DNA from: Amphiscolops sp. MND2022
Lineage: Eukaryota
Direction of reading: 5' to 3'
DNA: 64,000 nt
Assembly (NCBI GenBank): GCA_964187785.1
Contig: OZ076409.1
Location: forward strand, 53,942,001-54,006,000
Positions 48,101-55,599 of this stretch are shown here, one piece after another. The notes under the pieces were generated by a model that saw only the letters and a program-made list of their open reading frames with translations, was not told the origin of the DNA and ran no database searches. Position 1 is the stretch's first letter; every line of letters starts with the position of its first letter. Both the position numbers and the translations under genes were made by a program.

Positions 48101-51100
48101 TTCTCCGAGAAATCAGCTTCTACCGAAAATAACCAGCCGAAACTCCCGTCAAAAGCATGACAACCAATAAAATGCAGATCAGCGGACATTCGATGGACCA
48201 AGAATTAGAGTTGCCGCGTCGAAAATTTTAACCGAAATCACCCAGGATGATGCCAGAAAAGACGGTTACCGAAGGTCCTCTTCTCAGAGAAGCTCTCACA
48301 GGACAGAACAAACGAAGGACATACCAGTTCAGAACTAACGAAGGCCATTTTTCCCCAACTAAACGAAGGACCAGTCGAAGCCAACGCCGAGACAACCATC
48401 CTCTGCACATTTGGCCCCTGCACTCTCAGTCCAAATCCCGCCCCGGGGAGTGTCATGCCAGCATGATGGAAATATAATCTACTAAATATTTGTAATGTAA
48501 ATATTATGTCTTATGTACTTAGATATGGGCAATATGATGTCATATAATAAGAGCCATGGTTGTGAGCAACCCTACGTTACTTGTACTTTAATCCCTATCC
48601 CCCCTGAGTTTGAGCTATATATATTTACTTAATACTGAGCGCTCTAATTCCGGTGTCCGCACAAATGATCTGGCCAATAGCTTTTAATGTGCTATCTTAT
48701 TCAATATTGGTTTGTCACGATAAGGGAGAGAAGTTTTCCGGTCAGACTGGACCGAGAGATGTAGAAATAATGGAGTCTGTAACTTCTACTAGCTCCCTCG
48801 CCTCAGGACTTGTAGTCGTGACGAATTTCAGAAAAGTTCATCACTAATCCATCAGCGGACTTAGTGATCCTACAACTTGATCTAATAATGAAATTACAGT
48901 GCTATATTATCAAGGTTCATCGCAATCACATCGCCAAGATTGCGGGTGAACAAAAATTGGGACTTCTATTTGATTTCATTCAGTGATCCATCAGCGGATC
49001 TCACGGGACTTTAAAAATACATGAAAAACATCCTATACTCATCGTCGTTTTGTGATTATTAACCTTCAATGTGCTTCTCATTTCTTAAAAGAGCATAACA
49101 CATCTATATTTCATCGTCCTGACTAGTAACTACAAGGAATGAGAAAGTACATCCTTAATTCATCCTAAAAAAGAGTGAAGTGCTGGATATCTGTTTTATT
49201 AGATTAACTCATCACTAGATCATCGTAAATTCATCGCTAGTTCGACTTGCGTTAGAATTAGCCGAATTTTCAGTTGAGTTCATCCTAAACTCATCGTTGG
49301 AATTTGATTCATTAGATTTTGCTGTTTTATTGAATGTATTCATCCTAAAGTCATCGTATATTTGTCTTTATTGCAGAATTAGTTGTTTCACCTGTTTTAT
49401 CGACTGAATTCATCCTGAATTCATCGTCAATTTCACTAGTGCTAGGAATTAGTTATTTTTCGAGGAGAGTTCATCCTTTTACCATCGTCGATTTAAATTG
49501 TGCTGGAAATCATTCATTTTGAAGACGAGTTCATCCTTTTATCATCGTCAGTTTATATCGTGTTGATTTTCGAGCGAAAAGACCACCATTCATCGCATTT
49601 CCATCTTTAGGTTTGAAGTATTGATTTTAGTGCTGGAATTAGTAGGAAAACATCGTTTTCCCATCCTGTGATACAGTTTACTCTGGTTTGACTTGAAATT
49701 AGTACATTATTGAATGATTTGAGTTGCTATAGAAACCATGATACTGCGTGCAGGCAATTGCGACATTGTAAAGTGATGATTAGTCATAATTAGCGTATGT
49801 AGATGTACCATGTGGTTTGGCCAACTTGCGGCAGTTCACAACACCGGTCACGTGACTTACCAATTAGCACCAACTGGCAAAAGCCAATAAGAGTCGGCTG
49901 GTAAGAGATTTAGCGTCTTACCAGCCTGAAAAGACACGTGAACTGCTGTAGTTTGGACCGCCATTAGGGATTACTCAGACCGAAATTACGATTAGCTACT
50001 GTCCAGTTGGACGAATTACAACAGATTTGAACTAGAAAACACATCTCTTATTCATCGTAAATAACGCTACCTTCACGACTCTGAGTAATTTCTTAATAAA
50101 TATCCAGCCGATGAAATTTGGATGAACTCTACTTAATCCTCGCTAACTATTTCCCGTTCTTTACTAGTATCCTTGCCTTACTGTAAAACTCATCGCATTT
50201 ACATCTCAAGTTCAGAAATAGTGAATTTGAGTTCGAATAACAGCATAAAATAGAAAATACATCGAAAAATCATCCAGAATCCAGTCTTCACTCATAATTC
50301 CTTTTCTCCCACCTCTATGAACCCAGATCTAGGCACTGAACTCAGAAGCGGAAGAATTATTAGTTCCTCATTAGAAACACCTGTTCCAACGGATCCAGAC
50401 ATGGCTCAGTCCTCTGCCAATGACTCTGATAGTAACGAGACTTCTGATATCTCTTCTCAGTTGTCTGAAATAAAAGAGAGTTATGAGAGAAAAATAAACG
50501 AACTACAGAATGAGTTTAGTCAACTGAAGGACTTAATGATGGCTGTCATAAGTAAGACAGACACCGGAAACCGACAGTCAACCTCGAAAGGTCCTTCAAA
50601 GCCGACCCACACAGTAGGGCTCGACACCAGCTAAACATTACGTCCTCCAAAAAATCGTTATGCAGTTTCCCAAATAGTCAGAAACCCTCCGAATGACCAA
50701 AAATCAAAATGATTTAGACGTTGTGGTGCAAACTTGTAAATTTTTTGAGCTATTTCGTAAATTAGAATGGTGTAAGCATTCAACAACGTCTGAACTCGGT
50801 ATCCAGTAGGTTTTTAGAAGAGATAGTTTATTTTGTGAACAAATTTACGAACTGACCCCAACGATGTCGAGAATAACAAATTTTCCCACTTTTTGACACT
50901 TCTTGTGACGTTTCGTGGAAATTATTAAATTCTTTGTGTATTACGTACTGGTATCCACATAGTTCAAGAACGAAACAATTAGGCACCTAGCGTGTTCATA
51001 AATTAGGCGTTTCCTCTAGAAATGGGCTGAGATATATCGAATTTGTCTCTTCTTTGAACGTCTATGGGTTTTCAAAGTGCATTTGCTGTTCATGAGTCTC

Positions 51101-53423
51101 AAATTTTTGTCGTTGTAGAACATTCTCGCTGGTCAGTGGGGGTCTTGTTTGAAAATCTTTTCAAAATTAAAAGGTATTTACTTTTAATTTTTCGGCACAT
51201 AGCGATTTTTTAGGAACGTTTCCATTTCAGAAAAAGGTTCTCGCTTTGAACTTTCTCTGATGTTTCAGGTGGAAAAAGAAACAAATTTTCATTTTTCCCA
51301 TGTTTCTGGTGAGAATAAATATGGAAAAAGCACTTTTAAGTCCTTTTTTGGTAATGTGAAATTGAGAATTCATTCAAAAAAGAATCCTTGACGATTCGAA
51401 GTACTTTGCTGTTTTGATCCCTACGTGGTGGCGTCTGGCGTCGACGTAGTCTTGTTTAAAGTATATTCGAAACCTGCTCGCAAAATACACCTGTCTGGAA
51501 GTAATGAGTAGAAAAATTTGATATTATATGATTCACAAAAACAGCTAGAATTAGGTTTTGATTATTTCTCAAAACCAAAATTCAAATTAGTAGTCAATGA
51601 TAGCACTTTTTGCACAGTCATCGACATACACGTATAGTATGATAAGTACCCTGGTTGGAACTGCTTGAACTTTTTACAAGTTTTTGTAGGTTACCAAGCT
51701 AATTTTTCATGATTTTATAAAATTCTTAAGGAAACCTCCATGCCTTAAAACTTCACTGATGCAATTTAAATTTATCAAGCTGCCTATAAGATGCATCCTA
51801 AATTTGGCGGCAATTCTGATCCGCGAAGTTTTACAGTTTTCATAAAGACGCCGTTCAAATTTTGAAAGCAGCTGAGACCTTCGTCAATTTTACCGCGGTT
51901 TCAATGAAAATAAATTTCAGTCGTATTATAAGTTTCAAAGAAGCGTCATATTCAGCGTGCTAATTTACTAACGGTGTTTACATAAGGTACTTACTTGAGA
52001 AACTTACGCGTGAAAACAAAGTGATCGCGGTGGCGAAGAAGTGGAAATGTTTTCAGTTTTAACTCAAATAGTGAAAGCTGCATAGTAATCCTACAAAATG
52101 TTTCCATGCATGGTCCCTGAATTTTCCATGTTTTATAAAAAATTAGCCGGAATTTTTTGAAGGTGCCTGTAAAACTTCGCGGCAACTTCGACTAGGGTAG
52201 ACTCAACATAAATTAATTCATTTGCGATTCTTACTTAATTAGCAAGCTAAAATCCGACAAAGGTTTATGGAACTTAATTCGCGACGACGAACTTTCTGAC
52301 GACGAAATCTCTAGTAATGCGAAATTTATGTAATTGAAAGGTTATGTAATGCAAGTGAAAGGCATCTGATTCATCTCAAGATCTTTATTCCATATGTTTC
52401 CGCCCAATTGATGCCTATCCAAGCATTCAGGAAAAATGTGTCCCATCTATGGAAATCCCCATATCACTGGAACTGCCCATAACCTTTGCACGATGACTCA
52501 TTCCAAAAAACTAACCTCAGTGACGTAGGGGAAAAGGTCATCACAGAGGCCGATCCACACGAACATGTGCACGTGGTACTCTGGGGAATCACTGACATAG
52601 TTGCAAGTGTAGTTGTTCATGTCAGTGCAATAGAGGGACACTTTGGGGGGACAGTCCTTTGACAGGGGCCAGAAACATGTCCAGCTACCTGCAATTCATT
52701 CACTTGCAACTAACAAAAAACGTTTAACCCCATCAAATGAGTTTTCAGAACAAGCAACTTTCTTGGGACAATCCAAAAATAACAGTTACCAACCACGTTG
52801 AATCGTTTTCGTTGACATTTCTAACTTTTTCACTCTTAATCAACGACCCAATAGAGATTTAGAATCTGTCGAAAAATCGCCTATTTCAAAAGGCAACCTG
52901 CAAAAGCGTAAAAAATGTAGACCATGCATTCTACATTTAAAATGCCTTCTGTGTTTTCCAAAAGTTGTTTTACAAATCAGAGAATGGAATTCGAGAAAAA
53001 TGCTTGTAGGAAGAATTACTCCTTTGAAGTTCGTGAAAAAACATCTGCAGCTATTCTTCTGACGACACTTCTAAATTGGTGTCCTAGAGCTAATTCATTT
53101 AGCTTTTACTCATCTCGAATCATAAATGATCACTTTCTAAATTTAGTACCTATCAAAAAGGGGAAAGTTACAATTTTGATAAAGCATCCATTCCAAGAAT
53201 TAGAAGAGCAAAGATTTTCTCACCAGTCCTACACTCCTGTAAATTTTTGAATGAACTACGAACCTGCTTCATTGAGTTCCTCGGCGCATTCCTGAGTTAA
53301 ACATATGAGGGAATAAAGAAAAAGTAGGAAAAGAATCAAAACAATAGAAGCAAAAACTATGGTTTTATTGACCGGAGTTTTCACATGAGGTTTTGGGAAG
53401 TTTTGTTTTCTCTCCTCTGTCAT
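27166..53423 (-). CDS. Predicted 4-exon host gene, ~231 aa type II membrane/secreted Cys-rich protein (exons 53423-53264, 52688-52516, 28351-28146, 27322-27166)
   Basis: All three introns are GT-AG with matching phases (1, 0, 2). They join to MTEERKQ..IVFASIVLILFLLFLYSLICL..EA/GSWTCFWP..PYVTE/LQMWEHDRH..YFKIRVNC..CG/DTLPAG..SRD*. The last exon may instead splice on at 27181. Confidence 0.6.
28989..29107. repeat. Long imperfect palindrome centred on AAGCTTAAGCTT
   Basis: Arms of about 58 bp are reverse-complementary with no spacer. Confidence 0.9.
29110..29315. repeat. Second long imperfect palindrome centred on GGATATATCC
   Basis: Arms of about 100 bp are reverse-complementary (ctactttagtccaaaaagcaagtagaaatcacagaattt / aaattctgtgatttctacttgctttttggactaaagtag). 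Confidence 0.9.
30967..31387 (+). mobile_element. Non-autonomous Helentron-type repeat, full-length copy
   Basis: TTTT-AGTCGGCGC..CCCGACT 5' hairpin, 3' subterminal GCGCCGACT, GACGTTCCCGTC hairpin, then TTGTTT. Confidence 0.65.
31484..33659 (+). repeat. 5' LTR
   Basis: Direct repeat of 48451-50626; about 7 substitutions counted by eye. Confidence 0.98.
33350..34855 (+). CDS. gag: Gag (capsid-like region plus two CCHC zinc knuckles); starts inside the 5' LTR
   Basis: 501 aa open frame with CFYCGKTGHRKTEC and CQICGYTGHSARDC. Confidence 0.95.
   Translation: MNPDLGTELRSGRIISSSLETPVPTDPDMAQSSANDSDSNETSDISSQLSEIKESYERKINELQNEFSQLKDLMMAVISKTDTGNRQSTSKGPSKPTHTVGLDMVTGATETRSNRPTTSFTNFRNYQEDDSDEGESTPRSNEERLLNAIETIPQRIKNTTTNTKLLQTHVPNFRGQKDKFVEFEHLLLNHLSPLANKITEENKLHFFQSLLRDDAIEYWQSIQITPMTTLKDVLDLFRKEFAKEDLKEVARYKWDQARYDPTTETFGDFLKNLKKTAKQAFGNEADRIIKMLLFGKLPVEIQQELTMANKEESSPEEIKTYLMRKYQYQQYVAPPTAIQPFNAVTSSAPPTITTTKPTTTTTTAQPTERKRFEGQCFYCGKTGHRKTECRARQRDEANGIKKEDAIPMKKAADPDKPKYNPKLVCQICGYTGHSARDCRRRVPKESSSAYGKIPYATNSQDDNRTRRQDLKRQQKPMNPMQAVAEEEDQESYSDEDINQGF
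33660..33671 (+). other. Primer-binding site TGGTGACAGGAG (probably tRNA-Leu type)
   Basis: Begins TGG directly after the LTR's CA; identical in the sister element at 8673. It is one base different from the Leu-type TGGTGTCAGGAG; the tRNA identity is inferred. Confidence 0.8.
34846..34852 (+). other. -1 ribosomal frameshift slippery heptamer G GGT TTT
   Basis: X XXY YYZ heptamer immediately before the gag stop; pol is in the -1 frame and is open across this site. Confidence 0.75.
34852..39945 (+). CDS. pol: Pol polyprotein: protease, RT, RNase H, integrase
   Basis: LLDTGA; LVDLRRIN and YVDD; CDAS..KEFLAM..TDNKAL..ADYLSR; HNSPVQGH..CENC; IDIVGP..TDKG..MVER; WKGPY. No chromodomain recognised. 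Confidence 0.98.
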   Translation: MIPPRFPPARNTTRDQRLSTQPTTHDRPMKKWQPSLDKRPKADDVYQRRLSNDEKAMRNARQLNGSRFSPLAEIKDDQTMNWQPNTMRQVEDAKEMETHHLDDDSTSHSTIDKRLSIKKHAKQSSINVSKAKKHAIKTEIHVLSPTLHLNKKDKMLYVPLQFDKYENSALLDTGAIQSAMSEAELRKITTAHPEAILQEFPPPNFKIQIANGNLVPVRKQVLLRFYVAGKVFEETFLILPTMGTILIGMSFFEKYSVNLDIKNHLVHFPNHMMSMQVRQQKNNRFKTGLIDLCSSTRTVIPPLHQVMIQVHSDADISLTTGTVEGSPGFMRKTCLLVSPALVDLDEGKTTIQVTNPNTHTYTLEANTTLAHFRIPTPHQAANITPMPVEHLNLITKYPDEAEAVINQLFVNPEMKSTKWYPTPETCSEPDKLNAIERRIYDEILALRELEKLDPSQSDEQRMNFLKNFNWDDSLLTPSQRLQVEELLVKYNSIFARHRFDIGMNTDFKVELTPQHEEPVCSQSLPTPTNLKDDLLVELALMQEYGIITTLPHSKYSSPIFAQRKPNGKLRILVDLRRINHLIKNDYGEHNHPVTTIADAAQHMAGKKYFCKLDCSQAYHCIPMADEQSVQLLSFNFGSRTFAFLRLAQGLNRSLSAFTGVIREYLDPLVKADRCAQYVDDIGIAAHSPEELITNLELVFQQLHKAGLKLSMSKCEFGQKQIEYLGKTISSTGIAPIEKRVTDYLTKLKPPNSVKALQRYLGFVNFYRSYIPRLADKTCCLQELIKKDVPFKLNQQHKDAIFEINESLLKATKVSLKLPLPDKQLVIMCDASEHAAGYVLLIEDYADPSVKHTYAPVAFGSKKFQGGQMSLTMYAKEFLAMHFAFDEFGHILWGAKKPIIVMTDNKALTRFFQAKHIPPSLWNFCDQTLQFNFLLAHVPGVENPAADYLSRLEIRPEDRVHLKLTDTIPIHRIEIDIASRTPKQEEDEPDYFPASEPLRCKRQKDVKEMKLATGTDVAHDDGKGMKFTNCERTAASDDFATDNHLTYRLTDVDEPIQLSQFIRKVSLSHPVMSQVSPAEGIDLIQVQKNNWVIQKMIRFLEGTEILQHPVNMQDQFFQKLYKNRKRLQVVNGVLYRQFFDHTGLESHKQLVVPEDCILKIIRTLHNSPVQGHPGLKKMLYELRKRYYSPNLACKVQKVLDGCENCMKSKSVKETQLRPPLQKIYDPCDGPEDLLEIDIVGPLPASNGFTHILTAVDVFSRYLFAVPLKRPDTHSVVRGLLSIFTKHAYVPKHILTDKGTAFTAELLSEIAKAADIHISHATIKHAQTIGMVERTHAKLKKILKISINADRPQWDRYVDIAIMAHNTTYHDSLKCSPTEIFHGRTPYNSLDLQFRNANKPAETKCKDVNEILDKMNFIFRDNLDNIISAYHKYKTYYDRKARAQPLKVNEFVFLLDPKYDSQRSKEEFKTFHWKGPYKVIKVLSDSNYIIRKVGTHQTQCVHRMRLRLFKPEFPIDDINVSKHLYPDTERVEDTDIFDSNIPTTDEVDQNENDNIDQDLVEDEPSAEIVPPVQERHSPQVFPPEITTRIEYQQVETDHNNFRPPIVRFGTREEIILPPPRDESRIRVPLRDEQHENQSQQPNTQNEDEERMSSRPSRSNQSRYRLRENPTPKTYPDFLIHEITSARNALRKTNKIDVPI
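42572..47321 (-). CDS. Spliced antisense cargo gene (~1055 aa): low-complexity N-terminus, BED-like zinc finger, degenerate hAT-transposase-like body. Exons 47321-47270, 47193-47038, 46938-46843, 46507-45821, 45186-44624, 44454-43969, 43844-43649, 43503-42572
   Basis: Seven GT-AG introns with pyrimidine-rich acceptors and matching phases join six separate minus-strand ORFs of the track into one stop-free frame. Zinc finger: ARCLLCKQDVKIGSRGITTFLEHCRGMRH. The 3' five exons are the most secure; the 46843/46507 junction is least certain. Confidence 0.8.
47820..48170 (-). promoter_or_regulatory. Putative promoter of the antisense gene
   Basis: Two copies of GTTGCTATGGCGAC (RFX X-box-like; 47840 and 47910), CCAAT boxes (47821, 48056, 48164) and an ETS-like CGGAAGT (47892), 0.5-0.85 kb upstream of the ATG. 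Confidence 0.45.
48451..50626 (+). repeat. 3' LTR (contains the first 103 codons of gag)
   Basis: Direct repeat of 31484-33659, preceded by GGGGAG and followed by the TSD. Confidence 0.98.
51649..52197. mobile_element. Probable degenerate MITE
   Basis: TA|CCCTGGTTGGAACTGC ... GCAACTTCGACTAGGG|TA imperfect terminal inverted repeats. Confidence 0.4.
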
Positions 53424-54115
53424 GTTGAATTGTTTTATGTTCACTCGTTCACACTTTCGTTTACGCTGCAAATACAAAAAGAATTGACTTTTCAATTTTC
53501 AAAAACACTTAACGGCACATGTTTCTCGAGTTTGCCTCAGGCGCTTCAAAAGCCTACTCCAAAGATGTCCAAATATTGCTGAAAAGCAAAGCGAATTGCT
53601 TACACCAATGTGGTTTGAAAACTATTCACTGGAAAAACCAAATCTTTCATTACGCTGCAGGAAAAGTCACGCATGGTTAGTTTGGTTTGATCGAAGAATT
53701 ACTTTTATTAAACGGATAAATACTACCGTCCAGTGCACAATCGCGGGAGTTGAGAAGTCTTTCAGACATTTTGGAGCAGCCATTTGAAGTCCCTTTCTTT
53801 GACTGAAACCACCGGACTATTGCATTGTTATCAACCAAAGTAGGATTATCGTAAAATTGTAAAGAATAGGATTTCAAACATTTTTGTCCGAAACATTCCA
53901 AGTTGTGAATGATTTCTGCCAATTCGAAATTCATCTTTCGAATAACTAGTTCGTTCGTCACTGTTGTGAACAGAGTTCAGCAAAAGTAAGTTAGATAAGT
54001 TATGGAGAATGGGAAAAATGAAGCCTGTCTAGAATGCTTAATGTCTAATAGTTCTAGGAAAAGTTCAGCGGTATAAACAGAACGGGCGAATCAATACGGA
54101 ACATAAAAATTCAAA

Positions 54116-55590
54116 GAAGAAGAAGAAGAAGAAGAAGAAGAAGAATACTTTTATTTGATATGACTCAAATAAAAACGAAAGGCTCGAAAGCCTTCTGATA
54201 ATACAATAATAACAACATTTTAGGCTCAAACAGAAAATTAATCAAAAGTTCCAACAGAAAATGCAATAGTTAGTTACGGCGCTCAGTAAATTAGTTCAAG
54301 CAAATTAGGATTGCCTTTTATAAAGTTAGCAATAATCTTCTTAGTAAAGCTCTTTTTTTGTAATGTCCAAGTTTGGAAATCAGCTGGAAAAATTTCTTCC
54401 TCTTCAGATTGCTCCACAGTAATTGAACTTCAAGATGCTAGGCGAAGCGACTTTCCCTGTCACAATCTTCTTAGGTGAACATCATCCGGTAGTGACGCGG
54501 AGTCAATGGTTTTCTCAAATTGGTCGTACCATTTGTGCAATTGAATAGCATGGCCATTATATTGCGCCTGTTTGGCTTCAGACTGACACTTTTTCTTGAT
54601 TGAAACAAACAAAAATGCAAGATGGTGTTCTGTGTTTCTGCATTGAAGTAGTTCCGGCCGGCTACGGAGATCGTTTCGGTAGTGTTGTGATGCTGTACAC
54701 AGTTGATTTATCAACAGTTGCTGGTGGGACGTAGTAAACAGTTGTTCCACTGGCAAAATGCCTGTCCGGTCGTGAAAATTACGTCGGCGTGCGATCAGTA
54801 TAATTGTGAAGACTCTTGACAGTATCGGAAGTATAACTGTTTTTATATCCGGCGTTGGATTGACATTTGGTGTAGGAATTGTCCATAAGGAGCATTTCAG
54901 GAGCTTATGGTGATGCATTGATATTGTTGACGGTAAAACTGGTGTGATAACTGTTGTTGCTTAATTCAATGTTCTTGTTTGCCGAGACCATCGTGTCCGA
55001 TGGTTCAAAGGTAACTAAGATGCTTTGTCATAGGATATTCTTTTTTGTAGACTGGGAACCAACAAAAGGTATACTTTTTACGGAGTGCGCAACAGTTACT
55101 GTTAAATGGAATACCGTTAGTGCATGCTTCGGCGTCTGTGTAAAAAGAAATGTAATTTGAAGAACATCCAATGCTGTGGTTTTATTATTGACCTAAATGA
55201 ACAAGCGAAGGAAATGCTGATCTAGTCATTAACCCGTTGAGTATCGCTGACCGAACTTGGCCCACTCAACTGTGAAAACTTTCAATAAATCCTATGTCGC
55301 AACAAACATGTCCTCTTCAAACTTTAATTCAAGCTAGAAAGGGTTTTCAAGTGTTCACTATTTTCAAGTTGCAGCTCTTTAAAATGGAATTCTGACATCC
55401 CATCAGCCAGTCGGGATTCAGTTTTGTTCTGTTTTCTAATCCTTCCTCGGTTGTCTTTAGCATTAAACTCGCACTGCCACTCAACTTTGAAACTATACAG
55501 TTTCCGCTGTTTTGACCGACATTTGTGATGATTGCTCGGTTTTTCGTTGGTGTTCTCCTTTGCGTTCTAGAGAATATCAAACTTTTGAAT
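54116..55590 (-). pseudogene. Decayed 3' part of a CR1/L2-group LINE with a (TTC)n tail
   Basis: On the minus strand AATAAAAGTA is followed by about ten TTC units. Upstream frames give eroded RT C-terminal-like text (IQRRI*KQLYFR, compare AQRRILRGIFFK in ORF2). The 5' limit is uncertain. Confidence 0.5.
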
Positions 55591-55599
55591 AGTTGTATC

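Larger units (their letters stand above)
31484..50626 (+). mobile_element. Full-length 19,143 bp Ty3/Gypsy LTR retrotransposon with an antisense cargo gene
   Basis: Two 2176-bp LTRs (TGTC...GACA), CCAGC TSD at 31479-31483 and 50627-50631, PBS, intact gag and pol in PR-RT-RH-IN order. Confidence 0.98.

Noticed and set aside
39946..48450. env gene after pol
   Set aside because: There is no long plus-strand ORF and no signal peptide, furin site or TM pattern; the coding signal is on the minus strand.
42300..48450. Independent autonomous hAT transposon nested in the retrotransposon
   Set aside because: No TIRs or 8-bp TSD were found by eye, catalytic motifs appear lost, and the introns carry the same dyad motif as the LTRs. 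Not fully excluded without other copies.
50317..50634. Separate 105 aa gene
   Set aside because: It is the LTR-borne copy of the gag N-terminus.
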